Virus record (IMG/VR): IMGVR_UViG_3300042516_003202
Length of the DNA stretch: 64,000 nt
DNA from: a virus
Reading direction: 5' to 3' (one strand)
Shown: piece after piece, positions 1 through 9,553 of the stretch
Numbering within the stretch: the stretch's first letter is position 1
Layout of the letters: every line of letters begins with the position of its first letter
The notes under the pieces: model-generated
The model's database searches: none
Seen by the model: only the letters and a program-made list of their open reading frames with translations
Told to the model about the DNA's origin: nothing
Position numbers and translations under genes: made by a program

Positions 1-309
1 GATGACTTTGTGTTTAGAAGATCCCGTAAGTGAGACGGTCGAAGCGAAGTTCTTTGCTTGGTTCCGTACAGTATCCAGGAAACGCCCTTCGTCGGATCCG
101 TTGATGACATAATAGTCTGCCCCCAATTCATTACATAATGCTTTTGCGATTGTAGTTTTACCAATACCAGGAGGTCCGGCAAGAAGGAGATTTGGAATCT
201 CACCTTTCTCCACAAACTCCTTAAAGGTTTTTTTAGTTTCATCGGGAAGAATACAGTCCTCAATCACTTGAGGACGATACTTTTCCACGTAAAGAAATTC
301 ACTTGTCAT
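1..309 (-). CDS. gp44: Clamp loader large subunit (T4 gp44-like), 5' part; runs off window
   Basis: Manual translation MTSEFLYVEKYRPQVIEDCILP...LLLAGPPGIGKTT...NGSDEGRFLDTVRN; RFC-type EKYRP motif plus Walker A; next to gp45. Confidence 0.95.
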   Translation of the reverse strand, partial: MTSEFLYVEKYRPQVIEDCILPDETKKTFKEFVEKGEIPNLLLAGPPGIGKTTIAKALCNELGADYYVINGSDEGRFLDTVRNQAKNFASTVSLTGSSKHKVI

Positions 310-312
310 AAT

Positions 313-825
313 TTAAATCCAATCAGGTTTTCGTTCTGGCATACGAAGATAATTAGATGCAACCCAAGGTTTGGATGCGATATACATCTTGTAAGCAGTA
401 AAAGTGTCAATGCTTGTGTCAAATTTATATTCATCTGGCATCGCACGGGCAAATGGACTCACATCAGTAATCTTCCCCTTGGGAAAAAGATAATAAGCAT
501 CCACAAGAGTCTTGTAGCAAGAATGTACCTTATTATACCTCAAAGTGTACTCGTCGCACAAGTTAAGACCATGCTTAATCAACCAATAAGCATTGTGGAT
601 GCTTTCAGTTGCCCACTTGGTACAAGGATGATTGCGGAATGCACCCTTTTCAGTTTTGTAAGGGGTGTTATCCGTTTTGTACAAAGATCCGTACCCATGT
701 CCCCATTTATCAGATGCCACAATAGAAAGCATTTGGCAGCACTCTAGAGGCATCTTAACAACGTGTTTGTCGGGAAGACAAAGAGCACTTTCAGCAGGCC
801 AAGGAGAAGTTACAAAGATGTTCAT
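313..825 (-). CDS. Pyrimidine-dimer DNA glycosylase/DenV-like protein
   Basis: MNIF...DKHVVKMPLECCQMLS, NHPCTKW and FARAMPDEYK motifs typical of this phage family. Confidence 0.65.
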   Translation of the reverse strand: MNIFVTSPWPAESALCLPDKHVVKMPLECCQMLSIVASDKWGHGYGSLYKTDNTPYKTEKGAFRNHPCTKWATESIHNAYWLIKHGLNLCDEYTLRYNKVHSCYKTLVDAYYLFPKGKITDVSPFARAMPDEYKFDTSIDTFTAYKMYIASKPWVASNYLRMPERKPDWI

Positions 826-1391
826 TTTAAATTAGTGTTAATCAAAACTCTCCTTTTATATTTTGAAGGAGAATATCCAGTATGAAAATATAACCCATCA
901 AATATAAGCAATCTATTCTCTTTTGGTAGTATTTTCTTTTTTACAGTCAATTTTTCTGGATACGGATTACCATCATATTTTTCATTGTATATAACAGTTT
1001 CTGCATCAGAATCAGTTAAATAAAAAATAGAAGTTACATGAGGATAATCTAGATCAGTATGGGGTGCGTGCATCACTTTAAATGGAGAAAAAGTTGTCAT
1101 ATCAAATCTAGATCTTATCAATTCGCTACAACCAGTTTCCTCCAAAAGATTTCCATAAAATCCAGTCAATAGTAAATAATATTCTGGATCTGTAATATTA
1201 TCCATCATCATTATTACATGATTAAATCCAAACTTTGATAGTTTTAGATTTTCATCATTTTCTTCAACATATTCATAATCCGTAATGTCTGGTTTATAGT
1301 ACCAAGAAAAATCATAAGAAGGATTTTCTATTCTATCTTTTATTTCTGAGAAATACGGTTTAGATAAAAAATCATCTATTATTTTTATCAT
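822..1391 (-). CDS. 2OG-Fe(II) oxygenase superfamily protein
   Basis: HxD (PHTD), SIFYL, NRLLIFDG..FH and RRVLINTN motifs. Confidence 0.75.
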   Translation of the reverse strand: MIKIIDDFLSKPYFSEIKDRIENPSYDFSWYYKPDITDYEYVEENDENLKLSKFGFNHVIMMMDNITDPEYYLLLTGFYGNLLEETGCSELIRSRFDMTTFSPFKVMHAPHTDLDYPHVTSIFYLTDSDAETVIYNEKYDGNPYPEKLTVKKKILPKENRLLIFDGLYFHTGYSPSKYKRRVLINTNLK

Positions 1392-1402
1392 TTTAATGAT
1401 AT

Positions 1403-2089
1403 TTAATTGAATGTAGAATCAGGTTCCAGAGCAATATAATACTTCAAATTGTACTTGGAATTCGTGAACTGTGACAAAAGTTTAGAAGAAACCACAACGT
1501 CATAGGCACCTGGGATGATCTTGATATTTTCAACTCGGAAGTTGAATGTAAACTCGTCTTCAGTTTCACCCACAATAATTGCGTATTCGTTAGAAGTATC
1601 GTTCTTTTTATCACGAACCACAAGTTTAATAACACCGTTTTCACCAACAGCAGAGAGATCTGGAAGTTGATAAACTGCTGCTGCCTTGACGAGTTTTTCC
1701 AAAGAAGCACTGTCCAGTTGGAAACAAACATCCTTTGAAGGAAGTTGAATTTCCTTTTCTGGAGGAGAAATAATCACATTAGGATCGGCATAAAAATATT
1801 TGACCCTACGCTTGCCTTCTTTGATGCTCAAATACGATTGTTCAGTAAAATCAAGATCAGGATCTTGGTGAAGACTCAATCCATTCAGGAACTGATTAAG
1901 ATCATAAACAGCAAAATCACGGGGAAACTCTTCAGTAATCTCTGCTTCTGCCAGGATGTTTTTGGCAACAGAAATAGTGCGAAGACGATTTCCTTCCTTC
2001 ACAAGAATAGAATTGTTGATGCTGGCAAAATTCTTGAGAATAGTCAGAGTATTATCAGAAAGTTTCATAGTTTTGTTTTGTAGTTTCAC
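1403..2089 (-). CDS. gp45: Sliding clamp (gp45); GTG start at 2089 or ATG at 2068
   Basis: MKLSDNTLTILKNFASINNSIL...YYIALEPDS typical of T4-like gp45. Confidence 0.95.
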   Translation of the reverse strand: MKLQNKTMKLSDNTLTILKNFASINNSILVKEGNRLRTISVAKNILAEAEITEEFPRDFAVYDLNQFLNGLSLHQDPDLDFTEQSYLSIKEGKRRVKYFYADPNVIISPPEKEIQLPSKDVCFQLDSASLEKLVKAAAVYQLPDLSAVGENGVIKLVVRDKKNDTSNEYAIIVGETEDEFTFNFRVENIKIIPGAYDVVVSSKLLSQFTNSKYNLKYYIALEPDSTFN

Positions 2090-2604
2090 TTGTTTTCAAT
2101 AAGGTTCAGATGATTGATCAGAAGAATCGTGTAATGAAGAACCTTGAAAAGATCTGCACGAGGAGTTCCTTTGGTATCGTAACGATCAATATATTTGGTT
2201 ACGTTACCTGCACAAAATCCTTCACGGCGGTTATGTTTGATTTTATCAAGAGTTTGTTCTTTTCCACCGCCAGTACGATCAACATAATGCTGGCGATAAG
2301 TACTTGCAATGTACTCTTCAAGTTGTTTCAGGATTTTATCTTCGTTGTACTTCCAGAAACCATTTTTATTAGTGTCTTCGTTCATTTTAATATTGTAAGA
2401 GTTCATTGTAAAAACATCAGGCGAAACATGAGGATTTCCCGTAAAACTAATTCCATCATAATCCCAATAGTCTTGCATTCCTCCAGGAAGATGAGTATTT
2501 CCGAAAGAAATTGTATCGGAAGAACTTGCTCCTCCTAGAAATGTGAAGTTGTTAGTTTTTGGAATTGAACTTTCGTAAGTGCTTTCAAAATTTTCAGAAG
2601 GCAT
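2086..2604 (-). CDS. DUF3310-like (T7 gp1.7 nucleotide kinase-like) protein with N-terminal extension
   Basis: C-terminal GFCAGNVTKYIDRYDTKG...DLFKVLHY motif. Confidence 0.55.
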   Translation of the reverse strand: MPSENFESTYESSIPKTNNFTFLGGASSSDTISFGNTHLPGGMQDYWDYDGISFTGNPHVSPDVFTMNSYNIKMNEDTNKNGFWKYNEDKILKQLEEYIASTYRQHYVDRTGGGKEQTLDKIKHNRREGFCAGNVTKYIDRYDTKGTPRADLFKVLHYTILLINHLNLIENK

Positions 2605-2654
2605 AATTTTTCAAAAATAAAGAATAAAGGGAAGGCACATTTTTACCTTCCCCA

Positions 2655-2683
2655 ATTATATCAAACAGAACGATATGTGTCAA
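2655..2683 (-). promoter_or_regulatory. Consensus sigma70 promoter TTGACA-17-TATAAT
   Basis: Plus-strand attata at 2655-2660 and tgtcaa at 2678-2683, 17-bp spacer; upstream of the 2604 ORF and gp45. Confidence 0.85.
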
Positions 2684-3776
2684 CGGATTCTTCAGAAGGC
2701 ATTTTGAAGTCAGCATCAACCTTGTCATAAAGTTCAAGGAATGCTTGCTTGGTTTCGTCATCAAAACGATTGATGCAAACTTGAATTGCTTTTGCCTTGT
2801 CACCAAAGATGCTATAAGCACGAATGATATGAACCAGACGGCGGGTGCTGATGATTTCCTCAATACCACCATCGTAGAAGGTCTTGCGGATGATGTCTGC
2901 CCAGTCCACCAGGCGCTTGCAGAAATCACGATCTTCCACGCCAAGGTCCAGAGCGATGCCTTCCAGGATCTTCTGCTCGGTGCTAGGGGCGGGATAGGAT
3001 TGCTCAAAGGTCACAGGAAAACGCTCCAGGAACGCTTCGTTGAGCACGTTGGTGCCGATAAAGCGCCCATCGTCAGAACCCTTGCCCTTGGTGTTAGCGG
3101 TGGCAAACACGTTGAATCCAGCAGCAGGTTTTACATACTGCCCAATCTTTTTAAGGAAAACACCCTTACCTTCCAGCACGGATTGTAGGCAGAGAATTTT
3201 GTTAGAAGCAAGGTCAATCTCATCCAGCAGCAGGATAGCACCACGCTGAAGTGCTTCTACAACAGGACCGTTGTGCCAAACAGTGGCGCCATCTACAAGG
3301 CGGAAACCACCGATCAGATCATCCTCATCAGTTTCAATCGTGATATTCACACGAATCATCTCACGCTTCAGTTGAGCACAAGCTTGCTCCACAGAGAACG
3401 TTTTACCATTACCCGAAAGACCCGTAATGAACGTAGGGTAAAAGATATTGGACTGAATAATTTTTTTGATATCGTTAAAATTACCAAACTTGACGAAGGT
3501 ATCATCTTTGTCGGGAATGAGATTTTGTTCGGAGGTAGGAAGGACAGCAGGAGCACTATAAGAACGCTCAATTTCTTCAACACGTTCTTGAGTCACTTCC
3601 AGGTTCCAGCGTCCACGATCGGTTTTGTATTGAACAAGTTTGTTGGAAATAGTCTGATAGTTAAGATTGCGATAAGCGCAGAAACCTCGGAGATCACCAG
3701 AGGTGATTTCAGTTCCATACAGGTTCTTAAGAGATTCAATCAGTTGTGCGTCAGTCACGGAAGTTTTGCGGGGCAT
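2661..3776 (-). CDS. cobS: CobS-like/MoxR-type AAA+ ATPase
   Basis: Walker A GLSGNGKT, Walker B LLLDEID, ATANTKG, LNEAFLERF. Confidence 0.9.
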   Translation of the reverse strand: MPRKTSVTDAQLIESLKNLYGTEITSGDLRGFCAYRNLNYQTISNKLVQYKTDRGRWNLEVTQERVEEIERSYSAPAVLPTSEQNLIPDKDDTFVKFGNFNDIKKIIQSNIFYPTFITGLSGNGKTFSVEQACAQLKREMIRVNITIETDEDDLIGGFRLVDGATVWHNGPVVEALQRGAILLLDEIDLASNKILCLQSVLEGKGVFLKKIGQYVKPAAGFNVFATANTKGKGSDDGRFIGTNVLNEAFLERFPVTFEQSYPAPSTEQKILEGIALDLGVEDRDFCKRLVDWADIIRKTFYDGGIEEIISTRRLVHIIRAYSIFGDKAKAIQVCINRFDDETKQAFLELYDKVDADFKMPSEESVDTYRSV

Positions 3777-3799
3777 GATGAAATTGGGTGGTTCGTTTC

Positions 3800-3867
3800 A
3801 ACAAAGTAATTATAGAAGCAAAAAGGGGGCAGCGTAGTGCCCCCTGTGCCAGTTCAAAAATTGGTCA
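3800..3867 (-). promoter_or_regulatory. Early-type promoter: AACTGGCAC box + GC hairpin + TATAAT
   Basis: Minus strand aactggcacaggggcactacgctgcccccttttt...tataat upstream of cobS. Confidence 0.6.
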
Positions 3868-4026
3868 TCAATCCATGGTAAATTTTTTCTTTGCTGGTTT
3901 AGGTGAAGATACTGGTTTTTCAACCACAGTTTCTTCAACCTTTGCGGGTTCTGGTGCAGGTGCAGGTGCTGGTGCAGGTGCTGGTGCAGGTGCTGGTTCT
4001 TGGAACAAGTCTGTAAATCTACTCAT
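3868..4026 (-). CDS. 52-aa Pro/Ala-repeat protein (MSRFTDLFQEPAPAPAPAPAPAPEPAK...KKKFTMD)
   Basis: Manual translation, ATG 4026, TGA 3868; same strand as neighbours. Confidence 0.75.
   Translation of the reverse strand: MSRFTDLFQEPAPAPAPAPAPAPAPEPAKVEETVVEKPVSSPKPAKKKFTMD
3952..3999. repeat. 6-bp tandem repeat (WGGTGC)n encoding a PA linker
   Basis: tggtgc aggtgc aggtgc tggtgc aggtgc tggtgc aggtgc tggttc. Confidence 0.9.
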
Positions 4027-4057
4027 TAGGATTAATAGAATTCTGTAAAATTATTTA

Positions 4058-6208
4058 TTATGCAACAAGTTCCACAAACTCGCCAAGAATACGCTTATTC
4101 ATTTTTTTAGTTTTAAGACTTTTCACAAATGCGTTTTTAATCTGTGATTTGGTAGCATCCTCAGCAACATCAAATGCAGCATCTTGTGAAAGAGCATTAG
4201 AAGAAAGACCGAAATAAGTATGATATCCAGACTTTTTGATAGAGAATGCCTTTTCCTTTCTCCATGAACCCATCACTTTATCGTACTCATCACCGTACCA
4301 TCCACAATAACGGCGGATAAAAGAACCAGCATCACGAGATTCTAAAACACGAATACCAATAAAATTAATATTGATAAAGCAATCCCTCAAGTTGCGAAGA
4401 AGAACATCGGTAAACTCATGCCATTCACAATCAAAAGAATAGGTATTGCCTGTTTTACGATCCCGAAGGAAAGCATTTGGTCCAATATGTGCAGTTCCCA
4501 TAAAAGGTTCGTTTTCCCAACGCCGTTGAATCTCACGATGATACTTAATTGGGCAAGCTTCTCCGTCAGTTAGAACAACACACTGAACCTTTTGAAGTTT
4601 GTTCTCTGTTTGGAATTTAGGTAGAATTTGATGAAGGGAAATGAGCGCCTCGTTTAGAGGAGTTCCAGAAAGACTCATTCCAACAGGAGCAGCATAACGA
4701 GAATAATTCCTACAGTTGAAAGAAATTGCAAGGCGGAAGATGTTCTTCATTTGATCCTCAAGTGTTTTACCATTTACTTTACTGGTAAGAAGATTCATCA
4801 TAGAGAACCATTCTCCAACTTGAACAAGACCATCTTTTTTCTTATATGCAAGTTGACGAAGATTTGCCTTACCATCATCATATTTTACCAGAGGATAGTC
4901 TGTGGTAAAAGCATAAACCTCAAAAGGAATACTAACTTTTTTACAGAACCAAATGAGATTGTAGAGTTGTTTGACGGTATCCAACATAACATCACACATA
5001 GAACCAGACCAGTCAAGAACAAATACAAGACCGTGATTCTTACCATCAGCAAGAGTTGTCACCTTGCGGAAGATATCTTCGTTATATTTGTATGTGTGAA
5101 GTTTAGAGCAGTCCAGAACACCTGTACGGGCAGTTGAAGCACGAGCATAAGAATCTGCTGCCTTACGACATTCAAACTCTTTTACCAGATAGTTTACTTC
5201 CTTCTGTGCAGAACGTTTGAATTCTACAAACTTTTTATCAACTTCACCAAAAATTTCTTGGTGAGTATATCCACAGTTAGTAAGATAGGTATCCCAAGTT
5301 TCTTTACACTTGTCGTGAATTTCAGAATTGGGAACAATTACTTTATCAAGATCAAGTTTAGGAAGTTCAAGATATACATTTTCATAACCGTCATCGTTAA
5401 TTAGATCCTTGAGTGCTTCCTCAAGGTTATCCATGGTCTTGACTTCAGGTTCACTATCCTCTCCACCCTCATTAGAAGTAGAGGGTTTTTGTTTGGGTTG
5501 AGAAGAGTCTTGATCAGATGCAGAACCTTCGGAACCATCAGATTCTGATTGATCATTCTCACCTTCTTGCTGATCAGAAAAATCAGAGGCAGGTTGACGA
5601 TTTGCGCCAGAACTTTGCGATTGAAGATCATCAATCTGGATTTTAGTTTCTTCCTGTTGCTTCTGCTTGCAATACTTATAGAGCTCCTCTGCAGCAATCA
5701 ATACATCTGCAAAAGTTTCACTATCAGCAACCAGGTTGACAATTTCAGTTTCCTCACCACGCTCAATCGGGATATCCGTGTAGTTTCCAATTTTAAACCA
5801 CAGGTTTACACGATCGGCAAGATTATAAGTTTCTACTTTATCATCGCCAATCTGAAAGAAATCCTGATCAGCAAGTTCTTTGTATCCGTTATAAAAGGTC
5901 TTGGCAAGACCAGGATAACGGCGCTTCATCATCTTTTCAATACGGGCATCTTCCACGATGTTCACAAACTGTGGAGGAACCTTTACGTTTACTGTCCAAT
6001 CCTCATCTGGGGTGTAAAGGGCGTGTCCCACCTCATGCCCCACCAGGAGATCGTATACGGTGTTGCTTGCTTTCTCCCACATAGGAAGCGTGAGCACACG
6101 GGTGTGAACGTTGAATTGAGCAGTCTCTACCTTCTTGTGCTCAACCACAAGATCTTCCGTGGCAAGCAGCTTGGCAAGTTGAGATTTGATTTCGTGGCGA
6201 ACGGTCAT
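4058..6208 (-). CDS. CobT-like protein: N-terminal HExxH metallopeptidase + vWA domain
   Basis: HEVGHALYT, NIVEDARIEK, acidic linker, MIDAS-type LDWSGSM, SGTPLNEA, VLTDGE; partner of the adjacent AAA+. Confidence 0.85.
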   Translation of the reverse strand: MTVRHEIKSQLAKLLATEDLVVEHKKVETAQFNVHTRVLTLPMWEKASNTVYDLLVGHEVGHALYTPDEDWTVNVKVPPQFVNIVEDARIEKMMKRRYPGLAKTFYNGYKELADQDFFQIGDDKVETYNLADRVNLWFKIGNYTDIPIERGEETEIVNLVADSETFADVLIAAEELYKYCKQKQQEETKIQIDDLQSQSSGANRQPASDFSDQQEGENDQSESDGSEGSASDQDSSQPKQKPSTSNEGGEDSEPEVKTMDNLEEALKDLINDDGYENVYLELPKLDLDKVIVPNSEIHDKCKETWDTYLTNCGYTHQEIFGEVDKKFVEFKRSAQKEVNYLVKEFECRKAADSYARASTARTGVLDCSKLHTYKYNEDIFRKVTTLADGKNHGLVFVLDWSGSMCDVMLDTVKQLYNLIWFCKKVSIPFEVYAFTTDYPLVKYDDGKANLRQLAYKKKDGLVQVGEWFSMMNLLTSKVNGKTLEDQMKNIFRLAISFNCRNYSRYAAPVGMSLSGTPLNEALISLHQILPKFQTENKLQKVQCVVLTDGEACPIKYHREIQRRWENEPFMGTAHIGPNAFLRDRKTGNTYSFDCEWHEFTDVLLRNLRDCFININFIGIRVLESRDAGSFIRRYCGWYGDEYDKVMGSWRKEKAFSIKKSGYHTYFGLSSNALSQDAAFDVAEDATKSQIKNAFVKSLKTKKMNKRILGEFVELVA

Positions 6209-6229
6209 GGGTTTGTTGCGTATGAACGT

Positions 6230-6285
6230 ATCATACAAAAAAAGAGGGTGGTGAAACCCTCTAGTGTGCCAGTTTGGAAAGTGGT
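6230..6285 (-). promoter_or_regulatory. Early-type promoter: AACTGGCAC box + hairpin (agagggtttcaccaccctct) + TATGAT
   Basis: Same architecture as 3800-3867. Confidence 0.6.
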
Positions 6286-6324
6286 CTCACTCAATTATAA
6301 AGAGGAGACTTGTTTCGTCTAACA

Positions 6325-7410
6325 TCAAGTTCCTCTAGTATCACTTTGGAATTCTTGCGATCTCTTTTCAGCAGCACGTTTTAGTGCAAGTCTTTGAGCA
6401 GGAGATTTTACCCCAGAACCATATTCGCCTGCAGCAGGTGGTTTCTTACCAGGAACTTTTTTACGCTGCCCTGCAGGAGGTCCCTCCATACCACGGATCA
6501 TCTTTTTAGTGCGGATGAATGCTGCATCACCTTTCATACCACCCGTGGAAGTTGGTCTACCAGTTTTGGTATTGATACCAGTTTCCCTTTCCGCACGATT
6601 TAGTTCGTAAAGGATTTCTTCGACAACATTTTCTCTCCACTCCTCACCCATATTTTCCAAAATAGCATATGCTGCTTCAGGTGTTTCAGCATAACCTTCA
6701 TCAATCAAATATCCCATAATATATTCATCATTCAATCCTTTTCTAGCAACGTGTCCAGCAAGTCTAGCAGCACCACTTGCACCTCTACCAACTTCACGGG
6801 CAACTTGTCCAGCACCTCTTGCAGCTTTACCAATTACTTTGCCAGTTTCACGAGCAGCACTCATAAATTTCTTTCTCTTTTCAACATCAGATGCTGCTCT
6901 TTTTTGTGCTGCCTCAATACCTCTATTCACAGCACCAGCAACACGATCTAATACTCCTGGTTTTCTAGGTTGCTTTTTAGCAGCAGCAGCAACAGCAGAT
7001 TGTCTTTGTAGAGATGCTTTCAAACCTGATGGTTTCGATTCCGATGCCTTGTCTTCTGCTGCTCGTCTTGCTGCTTTTTTCCTCTGAAGAGCTTTAATAG
7101 ATTGTGACTTTGGTTTACCTTTAATTGGCTCTCCAGTAGAAAGTTTAGGTTCAATCTTTGCACCACCTGCTCTTGCTTCAGTTAAAACATATTCTTCGGC
7201 AATATCATAAACAAAATTAGCAAACTCTTCTACACCGAGTTCTTCAATAAGGATATCAACGCCATCCTCATTAAGACCCATTTCATAGAAATAATTAGAA
7301 GCAATTTCTACTTCTTCTGAAATTTCTTCAATAGTTTCTTCTGTTAAATTTTGTTCCGCATACACATTAATATATGCTTCATACAAAGATTGTAATTCTT
7401 GTCCTTTCAT
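6325..7410 (-). CDS. Hypothetical late protein, charged, possibly an internal head protein
   Basis: 361-aa ORF; TATAAATA at 7432-7439; YLIDEGYAETPEAAYAILENM motif and basic/acidic segments. Confidence 0.7.
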   Translation of the reverse strand: MKGQELQSLYEAYINVYAEQNLTEETIEEISEEVEIASNYFYEMGLNEDGVDILIEELGVEEFANFVYDIAEEYVLTEARAGGAKIEPKLSTGEPIKGKPKSQSIKALQRKKAARRAAEDKASESKPSGLKASLQRQSAVAAAAKKQPRKPGVLDRVAGAVNRGIEAAQKRAASDVEKRKKFMSAARETGKVIGKAARGAGQVAREVGRGASGAARLAGHVARKGLNDEYIMGYLIDEGYAETPEAAYAILENMGEEWRENVVEEILYELNRAERETGINTKTGRPTSTGGMKGDAAFIRTKKMIRGMEGPPAGQRKKVPGKKPPAAGEYGSGVKSPAQRLALKRAAEKRSQEFQSDTRGT

Positions 7411-7431
7411 TTTTATAAAAAACTTTTTAAA

Positions 7432-7439
7432 TATTTATA
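7432..7439 (-). promoter_or_regulatory. T4-type late promoter TATAAATA
   Basis: Plus strand tatttata about 22 nt before the ATG. Confidence 0.8.
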
Positions 7440-7572
7440 AAAAAGAAGAACCACCCTTTGAGAGGCGGTTCTTAAGTGCTTGGCGTCTTGCCTTTGCTTG
7501 TCGGAGTGCTTGCGGTTTCAGTTTTCGCTTTTGCTCCTTTTTACTGTGGTGTTGCCAATTTGGAAGTTTCAT
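7435..7572 (-). CDS. 45-aa basic protein (MKLPNWQHHSKKEQKRKLKPQALRQAKARRQALKNRLSKGGSSFL)
   Basis: Manual translation; start overlaps the gp46 stop. Confidence 0.65.
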   Translation of the reverse strand: MKLPNWQHHSKKEQKRKLKPQALRQAKARRQALKNRLSKGGSSFL

Positions 7573-9299
7573 TTTTCTGTTGTTTCTTGAGATACCATAC
7601 GAGAAAAACCTTTGATTTTGTCAAACCTTATGACACTTTCAAATTTGTCATGCAGTTCCGTCTTATGAGAGATCACAAAGATATTAGCATCCTTAATGAC
7701 ATAACGAATGATTTTTAAAAACTCATCAGTGCCAAATCCATCAAGAGATGAATCAAATACTTCATCCATAATCAGCAGATTGGTATTAACAGAGTTTTTG
7801 ACTCTGGCAACTTCTCTCCAAGTAAAGAGAAGAGCAAGGTCGATTCTCATTTTTTCACCTTCACTAAAAGAACTATAAGAAAAGTCCTCATGAATAGGTG
7901 ATTTTACAGTTTCATTAAATTCTTCATCCAGATTAAAATTAATATAAAAATCCATCATCTGAAGATAACGATTCACCTGCTGATTTATGAACGGAAGATA
8001 CTTTTTAATTATCTTCGTTTTAACGCCGTCGTCCTTAAGTAAGGAATAGGCAAAATCGTAATAAACGATTTCTTCTTTTTTCTTTGAAAGATATTCAAAT
8101 GTTTTTTGGAGATTTTCTTTAAATTCTTCTAACTTCTCATGTTCAGAATTTCTGTTTGCAAGGTTTTCGGTAATAGTTTGAATTTCATTTTCAAGATCTC
8201 GGATTTGTCGCTGGTTAAGTGATATCCGAGTATTGTTTTGAGAAATCTCATGATTGAGTTTCGTAATCTCCCTGGAAAGAACTGTAAATTGACGCTCTCT
8301 CTCCTGTTCTGATTTTATGGTCTCCTCAAGTTCCTGAAAACCTTTCTGGAGTTCCTTTGCTTTATTTTGAGCATCTTCAATTCTATTTAACCGAAATGAT
8401 TCCTCAATCTCTTGAGTACAAGTAGGGCAGACCGTATTTTCGCTGAAAAACTTATGCTCTTTTGTAATAGAAAATACTTTTTGTGATAGTTTACCCTTAA
8501 GATTGTTAAGCTTTACTAACTTATCTCCAGCACCAACAACTTCTTCTTGCTCTTTAGTGAACTTAATAATATTTTCTTCAATTTCAGAATTGTCAATTAA
8601 ATACTGATCAACTTCAGAATCTAACTTAAAAATCTTTTCCTTGTTGGCATTAATATTTGCGTTTCCACGATTTTCAAGTTCTTCGATAAAATCTTGCTGC
8701 ATTTTAATTTTATCTTTGAGATTATCTTTTGTTAAATTTAAAGATTTAATCTCATCTTTTTCTGCTTTTATTTTCTCCTTGATTAAATTATTCATCGCAG
8801 AAAAAATACGAATATCTAAAAGATCTTCAATAACTTCTCTACGATTTGCAGATGTTAATTGCATAAAAGGAACAAAAGTGCTACTACCCAGGATTACAAT
8901 CTGAGTAAAAGACTTGTAATTTACTTTAAGAATATTTTCTTCTAAAATTTTTTGATTAGCACGATCATCTGCTTCTTTATGAAGAGCAACACCATTTACT
9001 TCAATATCAAAAATACTAGGTTTAATGCCACGACGAACCAAATAATCACGATTGTTTACAGAAAACTCAATTTCAACAAGACAATCTTTTTCGTTAGTAG
9101 TATTAACTAATTGGGGTTTATTGATTTTTCGAAAAGGTTTATTAAAAAGAACAAAAGTAAGAGCATCTAGAACTGTAGACTTACCTGCTCCGTTTGTCCC
9201 AATAATTAAATTTGTATTACTTGATTGAAAATTAATTTCAGTAAAATGATTTCCAGTTGAGAGGAAATTTTTCCAACGAATTTTATTAAATACTAACAT
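7569..9299 (-). CDS. gp46: Recombination endonuclease subunit, SbcC/Rad50-like
   Basis: GTNGAGKST Walker A, CPTC zinc hook, FSEGEKMRIDLA signature, MDEVFDSSLD. Confidence 0.95.
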   Translation of the reverse strand: MLVFNKIRWKNFLSTGNHFTEINFQSSNTNLIIGTNGAGKSTVLDALTFVLFNKPFRKINKPQLVNTTNEKDCLVEIEFSVNNRDYLVRRGIKPSIFDIEVNGVALHKEADDRANQKILEENILKVNYKSFTQIVILGSSTFVPFMQLTSANRREVIEDLLDIRIFSAMNNLIKEKIKAEKDEIKSLNLTKDNLKDKIKMQQDFIEELENRGNANINANKEKIFKLDSEVDQYLIDNSEIEENIIKFTKEQEEVVGAGDKLVKLNNLKGKLSQKVFSITKEHKFFSENTVCPTCTQEIEESFRLNRIEDAQNKAKELQKGFQELEETIKSEQERERQFTVLSREITKLNHEISQNNTRISLNQRQIRDLENEIQTITENLANRNSEHEKLEEFKENLQKTFEYLSKKKEEIVYYDFAYSLLKDDGVKTKIIKKYLPFINQQVNRYLQMMDFYINFNLDEEFNETVKSPIHEDFSYSSFSEGEKMRIDLALLFTWREVARVKNSVNTNLLIMDEVFDSSLDGFGTDEFLKIIRYVIKDANIFVISHKTELHDKFESVIRFDKIKGFSRMVSQETTEK

Positions 9300-9552
9300 T
9301 TTTTGGGGGAATTACAATATCATCAGGGGTAATTACAGTATACTTATAATTGTGATATTTACATGTTTTTATAGCAAGTTCATCATCAACTTCAACGACA
9401 TCCATTTCAGTTTCTTCTTGATCTTCAAGCATCAAAGCATAACGAGTTGCATCATCTTCTTCCTCAAAAAGAAATAAAACTTTATGTCCATATTGATCCT
9501 GAACGGCATAAGCGCCTTCGTCTTTTTTATCTTTAAGAGTTAGAAGAAACAT
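9286..9552 (-). CDS. Conserved cyanophage hypothetical protein
   Basis: 88-aa ORF between gp47 and gp46. Confidence 0.75.
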   Translation of the reverse strand: MFLLTLKDKKDEGAYAVQDQYGHKVLFLFEEEDDATRYALMLEDQEETEMDVVEVDDELAIKTCKYHNYKYTVITPDDIVIPPKNVSI

Positions 9553-9553
9553 T

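Noticed and set aside
2661-3776. Cobalamin biosynthesis auxiliary metabolic gene
   Set aside because: Only the AAA+ fold is shared; there is no cobN or other cob gene, and the partner carries a peptidase domain.
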